DNA from: an uncultured Acidimicrobiia bacterium
GTDB lineage: Bacteria > Actinomycetota > Acidimicrobiia > Acidimicrobiales > AC-14
DNA length: 64,000 nucleotides
Assembly (NCBI GenBank): GCA_963836205.1
Contig: CAWIIV010000015.1
Coordinates: 224,001-288,000 of the forward strand
Direction of reading: 5' to 3'
Position numbers and translations under genes: made by a program
Part shown: positions 1-10,192 of the stretch, piece after piece
Layout of the letters: each line of letters opens with the position of its first letter
How positions within the stretch are numbered: position 1 is the stretch's first letter
Notes under the pieces: model-generated
Seen by the model: only the letters and a program-made list of their open reading frames with translations
Database searches by the model: none
What the model was told of the DNA's origin: nothing

Positions 1-947
1 TCGTCGGGGCCGTAGAGGCTGAACGTGATGGAACCGGTGGGGTTGAGGCCTCCCGCCAGCGTGGCCGTGTCGGTGACCTGTCCTCCGACCTCGACCGACG
101 GTGACGCGATGGTGACGATGGTGGGCGTGACGAGCCCGCCGGGCGTGACGATGACTGCCTCGGCCGGGTCGGAGCAGATGGTGCCGGCGGCGACGTTGTC
201 GTCGTCGCCGCTGTAGATGGCGACCCACTGGTAGGTGCCCGCCTCGGTGGGCGTGAAGGGTGCGGAGGTGTACTGGCCGTTGCCGGTAACCGTCACCGTC
301 GAGGTGAAGGTCGGCGGCGGTGTGCACGTGAGGTTGAGGGGACCATAGAGCCTGAAGGTGATGGTGCCGGTGGGACCCGCCGGCCCCGCCCCGCTGCCGA
401 GGGTGGCGGTGTCGGTTATCTGGCCGTTGACCGGCACCGAAGGCGACGCCTGGGTGGAGAGGGTGGGGGTCTTCTTCGCCAGACTCGTCTGACCGGCGAC
501 ATCGCCGCACGCGGTGGCGACGGGGTCGTTGTTGGCGTCGCCGCCGTACTGCGCGACCCACTGGTAGGTGCCGGCCCGGTTGGTGGTGAACGAGTCCGAT
601 TGGTAGTTGCCGTTGCCGGTGACCGGCGTCGTGGTGGTGAAGATCGGCGCCGCCGCGCACGTCGGGTCGTCGGGCGCGTAAAGCAGGAACGTGATGGTGC
701 CGGTGGGGTTGTCGCCGTTGCCGAGGGTGGCGAAATCGAAGATGGCGGTGCCGGCCGGCAACCCGTCCGGGGATGCCTGGTGGGTGATGGCGGGCGTGGC
801 CGCGGTGGCCGGCAGGGTCATCAGCCCCAAGCCGAGGAGGCTGATGGCGGCCGCCAGGGCCAGGGTGACCTGGCGCAGACGACGGGCGCGCCGCTGCTGG
901 CGGGTGGGACTGAGGCGGTACCGACGGCGAGCAGAGGTCATGGGCAT
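1..947 (-). CDS. Secreted protein with tandem Ig-like (Big_3-like) Cys-containing domains, 3' end outside window
   Basis: Not in the ORF track (no stop in window). Manual translation from ATG 947: MPMTSARRRYR...LAAAISLLGLGLMTLPATA signal, then repeats NPTGTITFLLYAPDDPTC...GNGNYQSDSF...AGTYQWVAQYGGDANN. Paralog of 39895-40944. Confidence 0.8.
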   Translation of the reverse strand, partial: MPMTSARRRYRLSPTRQQRRARRLRQVTLALAAAISLLGLGLMTLPATAATPAITHQASPDGLPAGTAIFDFATLGNGDNPTGTITFLLYAPDDPTCAAAPIFTTTTPVTGNGNYQSDSFTTNRAGTYQWVAQYGGDANNDPVATACGDVAGQTSLAKKTPTLSTQASPSVPVNGQITDTATLGSGAGPAGPTGTITFRLYGPLNLTCTPPPTFTSTVTVTGNGQYTSAPFTPTEAGTYQWVAIYSGDDDNVAAGTICSDPAEAVIVTPGGLVTPTIVTIASPSVEVGGQVTDTATLAGGLNPTGSITFSLYGPD

Positions 948-1085
948 CCGCTCGCCTGTCGCGGCACGCATCGCCGGACGCTCGTCATTGGAGGCTCCCC
1001 CCGCCCGTCCGATTTGGAAAGTGTGATGATATCCACCGGCGGGGCCGGCAGCGAGCATCCCCGCTCCGGTCGCTAGGCTGACCCG

Positions 1086-1940
1086 ATCGGTCGGACCCGC
1101 CCTCGGCAGTCGACCCGCCTCCGGAGCCTCGTCCCGGGAGGTCTCCTCCTGCTGGGCGTGGGCAGCGGCGGATGCAGCAGCCGGTTCGGTGCGCCCGATC
1201 CGGCCACCAGTCAGGGAGCCGACGTCGTCGGTCTGTGGCGGGTGCTGATGGTCGCCGGGATCGGAGTCGGCGGGGTGGTCTTGGGCCTGTTGGCGTGGAC
1301 GATCCTCCGTCACCGCCGGCCCCGCGGCGAGCCCGGCCTCCCGCCCCAGACCCGCGAGAACATCCCCCTGGAGCTGGCCTACACCGCCGTCCCGTTGGTG
1401 ATCGTGGCCGTCCTGTTCGCCATCACCATGCGTGTCCAACAGCCGGTGACGAGGCTGGCCGCCAACCCCGCGTTGCGGGTGCAGGTCACCGGCTTCCAGT
1501 GGGGGTGGCGATTCGCCTACCCGGCCGCCGACGTCACCGTTGTTGGAGACTCCAACACCCCTCCAACACTCGTGCTCCCCCTGGCCGTGACGACCCGGAT
1601 CGAGCTGGCGTCACCCGACGTCATCCACTCGTTCTACGTGCCCTCCTTCCTGCAGAAGCGGGACGTGATTCCGGGCACGGTGGAGGAGCTCGACGTCCGT
1701 CCAACACGGGCCGGCCGCTACGCCGGCTACTGCGCCGAGTTCTGCGGGCTCGACCACGCCCGCATGACCTTCGACGTCGAGGTGGTGACCCAGCCCGAGT
1801 TCGAGCGCTGGCTGGCCGAGCAGCAGGAGCAGCCCCAGGAGGGCGAGGGCGACTCCGGCACCGACCCCGCGGGGTCGGCCGACCCCAGCGGCCAGGCGAT
1901 GATCGCGATCGCCCCCGACACCCGCACCGGGCGCCCGTGA
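1086..1940 (+). CDS. ctaC: Cytochrome c oxidase subunit II
   Basis: Two TM helices, DVIHSF and CuA motif [12 protein letters not shown]. Start uncertain: the track gives GTG 1158, but the signal/lipobox ([11 protein letters not shown]) extends upstream in frame to ATC 1086. Confidence 0.92.
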   Translation: MGRTRPRQSTRLRSLVPGGLLLLGVGSGGCSSRFGAPDPATSQGADVVGLWRVLMVAGIGVGGVVLGLLAWTILRHRRPRGEPGLPPQTRENIPLELAYTAVPLVIVAVLFAITMRVQQPVTRLAANPALRVQVTGFQWGWRFAYPAADVTVVGDSNTPPTLVLPLAVTTRIELASPDVIHSFYVPSFLQKRDVIPGTVEELDVRPTRAGRYAGYCAEFCGLDHARMTFDVEVVTQPEFERWLAEQQEQPQEGEGDSGTDPAGSADPSGQAMIAIAPDTRTGRP

Positions 1941-3583
1941 CCGTCACCGCCGAGCGCCCCCCGGCAGCGCCGCCACCGTCGCCCCGTCCCCGGCGGCCTT
2001 CGGGGCTGGCGGCCTGGGTGACGACCACCGACCACAAGCGGATCGGCATCTTCTACATGGTCTGCGCCTTCGGGTTCTTCCTGCTGGGTGGCGTGCTGGC
2101 CCTGCTCATGCGGGCGGAGCTGGCCCAGCCGGGGCAGGACGTGGTGTCGCAGTCGACCTTCAACCAGCTCTTCACCATGCACGGCAGCATCATGATGTTC
2201 CTCTTCGCCGTGCCCATGGCCTTCGGCTTCGCCAACTTCCTGGTGCCCCTGCAGATCGGCGCCCCCGACATGGCCTTCCCCCGGCTGAACGCGCTGTCGT
2301 TCTGGCTGTTCCTCGGCGGCGGGCTGATGATGGTGTCGTCGTTCCTGACGTCGCAGGGGGCGCCCGCCTTCGGGTGGACCGCCTACGCCCCGCTGTCCGA
2401 CGCCATCCGCTCCCCCGGCGCCGGCGCCGACCTGTGGATCGTGTCCCTGGTGATCACCGGCGTGGGCACGATCCTCACCGCGGTGAACCTCATCACCACC
2501 ATCGTCTGCCTGCGGGCGCCGGGGATGGTCATGTTCCGCATGCCGATCTTCACCTGGAACATCCTGATCGTCTGCGTGATGGTGATCCTGGCCTTCCCCG
2601 TGCTCACCAGCGGGCTGTCGCTGCTGTGGGCCGACCGCCACCTCGGCAGCCACTTCTTCGAGCCCGCCGCGGGCGGCATCCCCGTGCTGTGGCAGCACCT
2701 GTTCTGGTTCTTCGGCCACCCCGAGGTGTACATCATCGCCCTGCCCTTCTTCGGGGTCGTCACCGAGGTCATCCCCGTCTTCAGCCGCAAGCCGGTGTTC
2801 GGCTACCGGGGCTTCGTCTTCGCCACCCTGGCCATCGCCGCCCTCTCGACGGGCGTCTGGGCCCACCACATGTTCGCCACCGGGGCGGTGAACCTGCCGT
2901 TCTTCTCGGGGATGACGTTCCTCATCGCGGTGCCCACCGGCGTCAAGATGTTCAACTGGATCGGCACCATGTGGCGGGGGCACCTCCGGTTCGACACGCC
3001 GATGCTGTTCTGCGTCGGCTTCCTGGTGGTGTTCCTCGTCGGCGGCCTGACCGGTCCGATGATCGCGGCGCCGCCGTTCGACGTGCACGTGACCGACACC
3101 TACTTCATCGTCGCCCACATGCACTACGTGCTCTTCGGCACCGCCGCCTTCGGGTTCTTCGCCGGTCTCTACTTCTGGTACCCCAAGTTCACCGGCCGCC
3201 TGCTGGACGAGCGCCTGGGCAAGCTCAGCTTCTGGCTGATGTTCGTCGGCTTCAACCTCACCTTCTGGGTCCAACACCTGCTCGGACTGCGGGGGATGCC
3301 CCGCCGCGTGTCCGACTACTCGCCCGATACCGGCTGGGAGACGCTGAACCTCGTGTCGAGCGCCGGCTCGGCCATCCTGGCCCTGTCGATGATGGTGCTG
3401 TTGGTCAACCTGTGGCGGACGTGGAAGCGGGGGGCGCCCGCGGGCGACGACCCGTGGGAGGGCAACTCGTTGGAGTGGGCCACCTCGTCGCCGCCCCCGG
3501 AACACAACTTCCACTCCCTGCCGCCCATCCGCTCGGAGCGGCCGGTGTTCGACGCCCGCCAGAAGGCGGGTGCGCCGGTATGA
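1937..3583 (+). CDS. ctaD: Cytochrome c oxidase subunit I
   Basis: [30 protein letters not shown]; GTGA overlap with the ctaC stop. Confidence 0.97.
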   Translation: MTVTAERPPAAPPPSPRPRRPSGLAAWVTTTDHKRIGIFYMVCAFGFFLLGGVLALLMRAELAQPGQDVVSQSTFNQLFTMHGSIMMFLFAVPMAFGFANFLVPLQIGAPDMAFPRLNALSFWLFLGGGLMMVSSFLTSQGAPAFGWTAYAPLSDAIRSPGAGADLWIVSLVITGVGTILTAVNLITTIVCLRAPGMVMFRMPIFTWNILIVCVMVILAFPVLTSGLSLLWADRHLGSHFFEPAAGGIPVLWQHLFWFFGHPEVYIIALPFFGVVTEVIPVFSRKPVFGYRGFVFATLAIAALSTGVWAHHMFATGAVNLPFFSGMTFLIAVPTGVKMFNWIGTMWRGHLRFDTPMLFCVGFLVVFLVGGLTGPMIAAPPFDVHVTDTYFIVAHMHYVLFGTAAFGFFAGLYFWYPKFTGRLLDERLGKLSFWLMFVGFNLTFWVQHLLGLRGMPRRVSDYSPDTGWETLNLVSSAGSAILALSMMVLLVNLWRTWKRGAPAGDDPWEGNSLEWATSSPPPEHNFHSLPPIRSERPVFDARQKAGAPV

Positions 3584-3617
3584 GCGTCGCCGGTATGAGC
3601 GTCGCCGGTATGAGCAT
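3573..3617 (+). repeat. 15-bp tandem repeat x3 (CGCCGGTATGAGCRT) at the ctaD/ctaF junction
   Basis: Directly visible; encodes [13 protein letters not shown]. Confidence 0.9.
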
Positions 3618-3996
3618 CGAGTGGAAGCTGTTCACCGGCGCGGCCGCCTTCGCCGCCATCGTGGGCGGGATCTACTGGTTCGTGAGCTACGAGCACGCCG
3701 GCACCACCATGCTCGTGTTCTCGGGGGCGGCCCTGCTCATGGTGGCGGCCTACCTCACGGTGGTGGGCGGACGCACCGGCGCCCGGCCCTCCGACCGGGG
3801 CGACGCCGACATGGGCGACGACGCCGGCCAGTCGGAGTACTACCCGTCGGCCAGCGTGTGGCCGTTCCTCACCGCCACCGGTGCGGTCGTGCTCGGCTTC
3901 GGCCTCGTCTTCGGCGCCGGGGTGGGCAGCCTGGGTGTGCTGCTGCTGGTGGCGGCCCTGGGCGGCTACGCGGCCGAGGCCAACGCCAAGCCCTGA
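3580..3996 (+). CDS. ctaF: Cytochrome c oxidase subunit IV (actinobacterial CtaF)
   Basis: [12 protein letters not shown]...PSASVWPF; small, hydrophobic; ATGA overlap with ctaD. Confidence 0.85.
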   Translation: MSVAGMSVAGMSIEWKLFTGAAAFAAIVGGIYWFVSYEHAGTTMLVFSGAALLMVAAYLTVVGGRTGARPSDRGDADMGDDAGQSEYYPSASVWPFLTATGAVVLGFGLVFGAGVGSLGVLLLVAALGGYAAEANAKP

Positions 3997-4038
3997 GCCG
4001 CTTGGCGCACGGGGTTTCGTGCCGAGGCGACCAGGCGG

Positions 4039-5508
4039 CTACGGCGGCGCGTTCGGCGGGGGCTTCCAGGCGTCGACCGGCGGTGGTGCGGGATGGCTTT
4101 CACCCACCGTCTCGAAACCGCCGGTTGCGGTGCGGGCGATGTGCCCGCCGGCCGGGGGCTCGGTGGGATGGAGGTCGTCGCGGGCCAGGCCCCGGCACAC
4201 GCTGCGGGTGACGAAGAACACGGCCAGGGGCACGGCCACGATCAGCACCCGGAAGGCGTTGGTGATGACCTCGGGGGCGATGCGGAAGATGCCGGCCAGG
4301 ATGTCGTTGCCCCCGGCCAGCAGCAGGATGCCGTAGAAGGCCAGGGTGGCCGCCCCCAGGGCGGTGCGCACCGGTGCGTCGCGGGGGCGGTCGAGGAGGT
4401 TGTGGGGCTCCTTGTCGCCGGTGAAGCGGCGCTCGAGGAACGGCCACAGGTAGAGGACGCCGAACGTGATGCCGGGCATGAGGACGCCGGGGAAGAACGG
4501 GTTGGCCACGGTGTGGCCGAAGGCGCGGATCTCCCACGCGGGCATGATGCGCAGGGCGCCGTCGACCCACCCCATGTACCAGTCGGGTTGCGATCCGGCC
4601 GTGGCCGCCGCCGCCTGCGTCGCCTTGTAGGGCCCGTAGAGCCACACCGGGTTGATCTGGGCCACCCCGCCGAGGAGGGCCAGCACCGCCGACACCAGGA
4701 GGAACAGCCCCGCCGACTTGGCCGCGTACTGCGGCCACAGCCGGGAGCCCACGATGTTGGCCTCGGTGCGGCCCGGGCCCTTGAACTGGGTGTGCTTCTG
4801 GCGCCACACGATGGCCAGGTGGACGGTGAGCAGGCCGATGATGATGGCGGGGACGATCAGCACGTGGAGGACGAAGAACCGGGTGATGAACTCGGTGTTG
4901 GGGAACTCGCCGCCGAAGAAGAGGAACGCGATCCAGGTGCCCGCCACCGGTATGGCGAGGGCGATGGAGTAGCCCACCCGCACGCCGGTGCCCGACAGCA
5001 GGTCGTCGAGCAGGGAGTAGCCGAGGAACCCGTTGCCGATGGCGAGCACCAACAGGGTGACGCCCACGATCCAGTTCAGCTCCCGGGGCCGGCGGAAGCC
5101 ACCGGTGAAGAACACCCGGCACAGGTGCACGACGATGGCGGCCACGAACACCAGGGCGGCCCAGTGGTGCATCTGGCGCATCACCATCCCCGCCCGCACC
5201 TGGAAGCTGATGTCGAGCGACGAGGCGTAGGCCTGCGACATCTCCACGCCCCGCAGGGGGGCGTAGGCGCCGTCGTAGACCACCTCCTTGGCCGCGGGGA
5301 CGAAGAAGAACGTGAGGTAGATCCCGGTGACGATGAGGATCACCAGGCAGTACATGGCGATCTCGCCGATCATGAACGACCAGTGGTCGGGGAAGATCTT
5401 GGTCAGCGCCTTGTGGGTGAAGTGGGAGATCCCGAGGCGGTCGTCGACGAAGCGGAAGGCCCGGTCGACCGGGTTCTCCCGGCGGCGACGGTGGCCGCGG
5501 GGGCTCAC
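4039..5508 (-). CDS. qcrB: Cytochrome bcc complex cytochrome b subunit
   Basis: FPDHWSFMIGEIA, RQMHHWAA, FRRPRELNW, SQPDWY; GTG 5508 overlaps the qcrA stop. Confidence 0.96.
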   Translation of the reverse strand: MSPRGHRRRRENPVDRAFRFVDDRLGISHFTHKALTKIFPDHWSFMIGEIAMYCLVILIVTGIYLTFFFVPAAKEVVYDGAYAPLRGVEMSQAYASSLDISFQVRAGMVMRQMHHWAALVFVAAIVVHLCRVFFTGGFRRPRELNWIVGVTLLVLAIGNGFLGYSLLDDLLSGTGVRVGYSIALAIPVAGTWIAFLFFGGEFPNTEFITRFFVLHVLIVPAIIIGLLTVHLAIVWRQKHTQFKGPGRTEANIVGSRLWPQYAAKSAGLFLLVSAVLALLGGVAQINPVWLYGPYKATQAAAATAGSQPDWYMGWVDGALRIMPAWEIRAFGHTVANPFFPGVLMPGITFGVLYLWPFLERRFTGDKEPHNLLDRPRDAPVRTALGAATLAFYGILLLAGGNDILAGIFRIAPEVITNAFRVLIVAVPLAVFFVTRSVCRGLARDDLHPTEPPAGGHIARTATGGFETVGESHPAPPPVDAWKPPPNAPP

Positions 5509-6386
5509 GACCGGTTCCAGAAGCCGGGGCCGACGGGCTCGGTGAAGTCGCTCTGGGCCACCAGGAACCCGTCGCCGTCGACGGCCAGGGGCAGCTGGGG
5601 AAGGGGCCGGGTGGCGGGCCCGAAGCGGGGACGGGCCCCGTCGAGCACGTCGAAGGTCGACTGGTGGCACGGGCACACCAGCTCGTGGGTGTCCTCCTGG
5701 TAGAGGCCCACCGGGCAGCCCACGTGGGTGCAGATCTTGGAGTAGGCCACGTTGCCGGCGGGGGCCCACGACTCCCGGCCCCGCCGGGGCCGGTTGCGGC
5801 CCGCCTCCAGGCGCACGAGCACGACCTGGGCGTCGCCCGCCTGCTCCGCACCCTCGGGGAACACGGTGATGGTGCCGCCGACCGACAGCGTGTCGGGCCG
5901 CATGAGGCGGCCGTCGCTGTCGACCATGCGCCGACCGGAGCGCCAGGCGGTGCGCGACAGCGAGTCGCCGGGGCTGGGCCCGAGGGACCGGATCGGGAAC
6001 AGGGCGGCCAGCCCCAACGCGCCCACCGCCCCCAGCAGCAGCCTGACCAGCAGTTTCCGCCGGCCGATGACCTCGACGTCGTCGGTCACCTCCTCCTCGA
6101 CCGCGGCCTGGTCGGCGTCGGACCCGGCCAGCGGGCCCCGGTCGTCGGTGACGGGGCCGTCGTCGATCTGGCGGGCCCACTGCACCGTCCCCACCCCCAG
6201 CCCACCCAGGGCGACGAAGAGCAGGAGCCCCTCGGCCTGGGGCTGGCCGCCGCCGACGTAGACCCCGGCCAGGCCCAGGGCGGCGAGGGTGCTGGCCACG
6301 AAGGCGAGGGCGATCCGGCGCTCGGACTTGGGGGTCGGCGACGGCAGCCGGTTGTCGTCGCCGTCGTGAGCGGTCTCGGGTTCCAC
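5505..6386 (-). CDS. qcrA: Rieske iron-sulfur subunit of cytochrome bcc
   Basis: CTHVGC and CPCHQS Rieske motifs; RR before the last TM helix. Confidence 0.95.
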   Translation of the reverse strand: MEPETAHDGDDNRLPSPTPKSERRIALAFVASTLAALGLAGVYVGGGQPQAEGLLLFVALGGLGVGTVQWARQIDDGPVTDDRGPLAGSDADQAAVEEEVTDDVEVIGRRKLLVRLLLGAVGALGLAALFPIRSLGPSPGDSLSRTAWRSGRRMVDSDGRLMRPDTLSVGGTITVFPEGAEQAGDAQVVLVRLEAGRNRPRRGRESWAPAGNVAYSKICTHVGCPVGLYQEDTHELVCPCHQSTFDVLDGARPRFGPATRPLPQLPLAVDGDGFLVAQSDFTEPVGPGFWNRS

Positions 6387-6389
6387 CGG

Positions 6390-7139
6390 CTAGTCCTGGG
6401 TCCCGATCCACCGGGCGGCCAGGAGGACGCCCAGCAGCCCCACCGCCCACGCCACCAGTCCCTCGCTCAGCGGGCCGAGATGGCCGAGGTCGAGGCCGCC
6501 GTCGTCACGGGGGTTGCGCAGGTAGACGACGTAGCGGACGAGGGAGTCGACCTCGTGGTCGTCGAACGTCTCGGGCCCGAAGGGGGGCATGGCCCCGGGA
6601 CCGATGCGGACGGCCTCCGCCACCTCCCGCTCCGTGGCCCGGTTGAGGGGCGGGGCGTAGACGGCGTGGCCGAGGGCCCCGCCCACCCCCGCCGAGCTGT
6701 GGCAGGAGGCGCAGTTGTCGGCGTACAGCTGGTAGCCGGACGCGAGATCGCCCCGGGAGGGGTCGACGGCGGGGATCGCCGGCCCCGGTCCCAGCGAGGC
6801 CACGTAGGCCGTGAGCAGGGCGATCTGGTCGGCCGTGAAGGCGGGCCGCTTGCGCTCGGCCTGGGCCCGGGGCCGGTCGAGGGGCATGCGGCCGGTGCTG
6901 AGGTAGAAGTCGGCCGACGCCGCGCCGACGCCTACCAGGGACGGGCCCTGCGCCGTGCCCCGCCCGTCGAGGCCGTGGCACGAGGTGCAGGAGATCTCGA
7001 ACAGCTCCCGGCCGGTATCGATCTGGTCCTGGTTGACCGCGGGGACCGTGGTCGTGGTCGTGGGGGCCGGCTGGGCCCCGGCCCCGGCGGCCATCCACAG
7101 GACCACCGTCGCCACCACGCCTCCCGCCACCCGCCTCAT
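6390..7139 (-). CDS. qcrC: Diheme cytochrome c subunit of cytochrome bcc
   Basis: CTSCH and CASCH heme motifs, STGRMP, C-terminal TM; ATG 7139 overlaps the ctaE stop. Confidence 0.93.
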   Translation of the reverse strand: MRRVAGGVVATVVLWMAAGAGAQPAPTTTTTVPAVNQDQIDTGRELFEISCTSCHGLDGRGTAQGPSLVGVGAASADFYLSTGRMPLDRPRAQAERKRPAFTADQIALLTAYVASLGPGPAIPAVDPSRGDLASGYQLYADNCASCHSSAGVGGALGHAVYAPPLNRATEREVAEAVRIGPGAMPPFGPETFDDHEVDSLVRYVVYLRNPRDDGGLDLGHLGPLSEGLVAWAVGLLGVLLAARWIGTQD

Positions 7140-7693
7140 CCGAGCAGGAAGAGGGTGGCCCACAGCGCCACCCACACCACGTCGACGAAGTGCCAGTAGT
7201 AGGACACGACCTCCACCGCCGGCGTCTCCGCGGGACCAAAGCCGGGCCACGACGCCCGCCCCACCAGCACCGCCATGGCCAGCATGCCGCCGGCGACGTG
7301 GAGGCCGTGGAAACCCGTCATGACGTAGAACGCCGACCCGTAGGGGTGGGAGCTGATGGAGAAGTCCAGCGTGAGCCACTCGTGGGCCTGGTTGGCCAGG
7401 AAGGCGCACGCCAGCACCACCGTAACCACCAGCCAACGCCGGAACGCGGATCGGCGTCCCCTGGCCAGGGCCCGCACCGCCAGCTGCACCGTCCCGCTGG
7501 AAGCCACCAGGAGGCCCGTGAACAGGCCGCTGACGACCCGGTCGAGCTCGACGTCCGGTGGCGGCCAGGGGCCGGCGGTGGCCGCTCGGAGGGCGAAGTA
7601 GGCGCCGAACAGCCCGCTGAAGAACATGAGCTCGGACGCCAGCCACACGACCGTTCCCACCGGCAGCAGGGGGGCCCGGGCCGTGGCAGCCAC
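7136..7693 (-). CDS. ctaE: Cytochrome c oxidase subunit III
   Basis: WLASELMFF, TGFHGLHV, YWHFVDVVW. Confidence 0.95.
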   Translation of the reverse strand: MAATARAPLLPVGTVVWLASELMFFSGLFGAYFALRAATAGPWPPPDVELDRVVSGLFTGLLVASSGTVQLAVRALARGRRSAFRRWLVVTVVLACAFLANQAHEWLTLDFSISSHPYGSAFYVMTGFHGLHVAGGMLAMAVLVGRASWPGFGPAETPAVEVVSYYWHFVDVVWVALWATLFLLG

Positions 7694-7734
7694 CGCCTGT
7701 TTCTAGCAGCCCACCCCCGGGCGCGCCGCAACCG

Positions 7735-8013
7735 TCAGCGGACCCGGAACCGGGTCTCCCCCACCGGTGCCTCCGGGGCCACGTCGACACCGGTCACCCG
7801 GGCGTGGGGCGGGCCGGCGCGGCACCATGCGACCATCCGCTCGACGGCCGCCCGGTCGCCCTCGAACCACGCCTCCACCCGCCCGTCGGCCCGGTTGCGC
7901 ACCCAACCTCCGACCCCCTCGGCGGCCGCCATCCGCCGGCAGGCGTCCCGGAAGAACACCCCCTGCACCATCCCGTCCACCACCACCCGGCGGGCGACGG
8001 CCTCCCCGTTCAC
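7735..8013 (-). CDS. acyP: Acylphosphatase
   Basis: GMVQGVFFR...GWVRNRADGRVEA...GPPHARV; likely start GTG 8013. Confidence 0.92.
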   Translation of the reverse strand: MNGEAVARRVVVDGMVQGVFFRDACRRMAAAEGVGGWVRNRADGRVEAWFEGDRAAVERMVAWCRAGPPHARVTGVDVAPEAPVGETRFRVR

Positions 8014-8280
8014 CGCCGGTCCCGCCGGCGATGGCCGGTTCGCCTGCTCCTGAGGGGCGGGCGGCGGCACCGCGGCCGGGCCACGACCTCGGCCTTCACC
8101 GCCGGTCCTGCCAGGCGATCGCCGGTTGGCGGCCTGCTCCCGAGGAGCGGGCGGCGGCACCTCGGCCGGGCCACAGCCTGGGCCTTCACCGCCAGTCCCG
8201 CGGGCGGTGACCAGTCGCCGGCTTGCTCCCGACGGGCGAGCGACGATACCGGGCGCCGGCCGGGCCTTCACGACCGGTCC
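8009..8280. repeat. Degenerate ~82-90 bp tandem repeat (3 units) between DUF3151 and acyP
   Basis: TTCAC(C/G)..C.GTCC recurs at 8009, 8095, 8185 and 8267; CCTGCTCC.GAGG.GCGGGCGGCGGCAC is shared by two units. Confidence 0.75.
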
Positions 8281-8330
8281 TGCCGACGCCGGCGGTGGGC
8301 CCGGCCGTGCAACGCCGGGCCACCCTGCCC

Positions 8331-8762
8331 TCAGGCGTCGGTGCCGTCCCAGGCGGGGTCGAGCTGGCCGATGAACTGCCGGCAGCGTTCGGCCTCGTCG
8401 GTCTCGCCGATGGCCTCGGCCATGCGCCGGAGGCCGTCGAGAGCCCGCAGGAAGCCCCGGTTGCCCTCCTGGCGCCAGCGCACGTAGCCCGAGCCCCGCC
8501 ACCCGGACTGGCGCAGGCGGTCGAGGCCCCGGTGGTAGCCGACGCGGAACGCGGCGTAGGACTCGACGTCGTCCCGGCCGAGCTGGCCGAGGCGGGCCCA
8601 GCCGTCGAGAAAGCGGGGCCAGCGGGCGACCACTGCCGCCACCGCCTGCCGTCGCTCGCCGATCGGCTGCTCGAGGGCGGCGGCCAGGGCGGCCCGCGCT
8701 TCGGGGTCCTCAGGGGGCAGGACGGTCTCCGGCAACCCGCCGGAGAAGGTGACGTCAGCCAT
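8331..8762 (-). CDS. DUF3151 family protein
   Basis: YAAFRVGYHRGLDRLRQSGWRGSG...NRGFLRAL...IGETDEAERC signature. The start could be any of three repeated ATGs (8762/8777/8792). Confidence 0.85.
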   Translation of the reverse strand: MADVTFSGGLPETVLPPEDPEARAALAAALEQPIGERRQAVAAVVARWPRFLDGWARLGQLGRDDVESYAAFRVGYHRGLDRLRQSGWRGSGYVRWRQEGNRGFLRALDGLRRMAEAIGETDEAERCRQFIGQLDPAWDGTDA

Positions 8763-9939
8763 CAGATCCGGAGCCATCAGATCCGGAGCCATCAGAATCG
8801 GCCATCAGGTACCACGGGAACGAGGACATGGCCTCCCATTGTTCGTCGTCGATCGACTGCCACACCCAGAAGGAGGCGCCGATGGCCCCGTCCCGTGCCG
8901 CGACGTCGAGGAACCGTACCGTCTCCCCGGCCGACGGTGCGCCGGGCCGCCCGCCGTCGACGCCGGCGTCGTAGCCCTGGCCGATCACGTGGACGGGCCG
9001 CAGGCGCGACAGCCGGTCGACCGCCTCGGCGGTGGCCGCCCCCGGCTCGGCGCAGCCCCAGTAGACCATGGGGGCGAAGGCGTCGACGTACTCGGCGATG
9101 GCCGTGTACGGGTAGCTACCGGTCCACAGCCGGTCGGTGGGCCGGTAGACGGTGGCCACCAGCAGGCGCTCGCCGGCCGCCTCCCGCACCCGGCCCAGGT
9201 AGACCCGGGCTCGCCGCTCGGTGAGCACCACGCCCTCGGGGGCGAGCTCGAGGTCGGGGCTGAAACCGTCAAGGGCCACCCCGCCCGGGCCCCGCCAGGC
9301 CAGGGCCTCCGCGCTCCAGCGGGCGTCGTCGACGGGGTCGTGCAGGAAGGGAAAGCCCCACCCCACCACCGCCAGCCCCGCCCGGTGGGCCACGGGGACG
9401 AGGGCGGCGAGGACGTCGGCCCCGTAGAACCCGCTGCGGGAATCCCCCACCCGCACCCACAGCTGGCGCAGGCCGGCCTCCTGGGCCCGGCGCACGATCG
9501 CCGCCGGGTCACCGCCCTCGGTCTCGCCGAACCGCCACACCCACATGCCCTTGCCCTCCACCGGCCCCAGGTCGGCGGAGACGTTGGCGGGGGCCGGTAG
9601 CGGCTCGGGCAGGTCGGCCTCGGGCACGAGCACCGGCGGGCGCCAGGGGGGCGGTGCCTCCCCCGGGGGGCGGGCCGGTACCGGGCAGCCGGGGAGGGGC
9701 AGGGACAGGGCGGCGGTGGGCGCAGGACGGGCCGTCGCGGGAGCCACCAGGCCCGCCGCCGGGGTCGGACCCACGGGCGTGGTCACGGGTGGGTCGACGA
9801 CGGCCCGGCCCACGGCCACCGGCCGGGGGGCGTCGTAGGCCGCGGCCATCGTGCCGACGAGGGTCAGCACGGCGAGGATCGCAAGGGCGACCACGACTGT
9901 GGGGGCACGGCGGGGGCGAGTTGAGGAACGGCGCCCCAC
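8755..9939 (-). CDS. Membrane-anchored/secreted protein with Pro-rich linker and glycoside-hydrolase-like TIM barrel
   Basis: N-terminal hydrophobic helix, Pro-rich stretch, GKGMWVW, LWVRVGD, GFSPDLE, FAPMVYW, GASFWVW. Family assignment is inference. Confidence 0.55.
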   Translation of the reverse strand: MGRRSSTRPRRAPTVVVALAILAVLTLVGTMAAAYDAPRPVAVGRAVVDPPVTTPVGPTPAAGLVAPATARPAPTAALSLPLPGCPVPARPPGEAPPPWRPPVLVPEADLPEPLPAPANVSADLGPVEGKGMWVWRFGETEGGDPAAIVRRAQEAGLRQLWVRVGDSRSGFYGADVLAALVPVAHRAGLAVVGWGFPFLHDPVDDARWSAEALAWRGPGGVALDGFSPDLELAPEGVVLTERRARVYLGRVREAAGERLLVATVYRPTDRLWTGSYPYTAIAEYVDAFAPMVYWGCAEPGAATAEAVDRLSRLRPVHVIGQGYDAGVDGGRPGAPSAGETVRFLDVAARDGAIGASFWVWQSIDDEQWEAMSSFPWYLMADSDGSGSDGSGSDG

Positions 9940-9943
9940 GGGG

Positions 9944-10192
9944 TCAGGCGAGGGCGTCCGCCGTTCGGTCGCCGAGGGGGATGCCGGCCCGGCTGAGGAA
10001 GGCCAGCCGCCGTTCGATGGTGTGGGCCCAAGTGGACAGGTCGGCGAGGAAGTGTTCGCGGTCGCCGTCCTCGTAGGCGTGTTCGAGCTCGTCGAACGCG
10101 GTGTCCTCGGCATCGAGGAGCACCCGGTACCGGGTCAGGAATCCCTCGTTGACCACCTCTTCGAGCGCCACGGGCACCACCTCCAGGTTCAC
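9944..10192 (-). CDS. Small acidic helical hypothetical protein
   Basis: LEEVVNEGFLTRYRVLLDAEDTAFDELEHAYEDGDRE; protein-like composition; start GTG 10192 approximate. Confidence 0.65.
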   Translation of the reverse strand: MNLEVVPVALEEVVNEGFLTRYRVLLDAEDTAFDELEHAYEDGDREHFLADLSTWAHTIERRLAFLSRAGIPLGDRTADALA

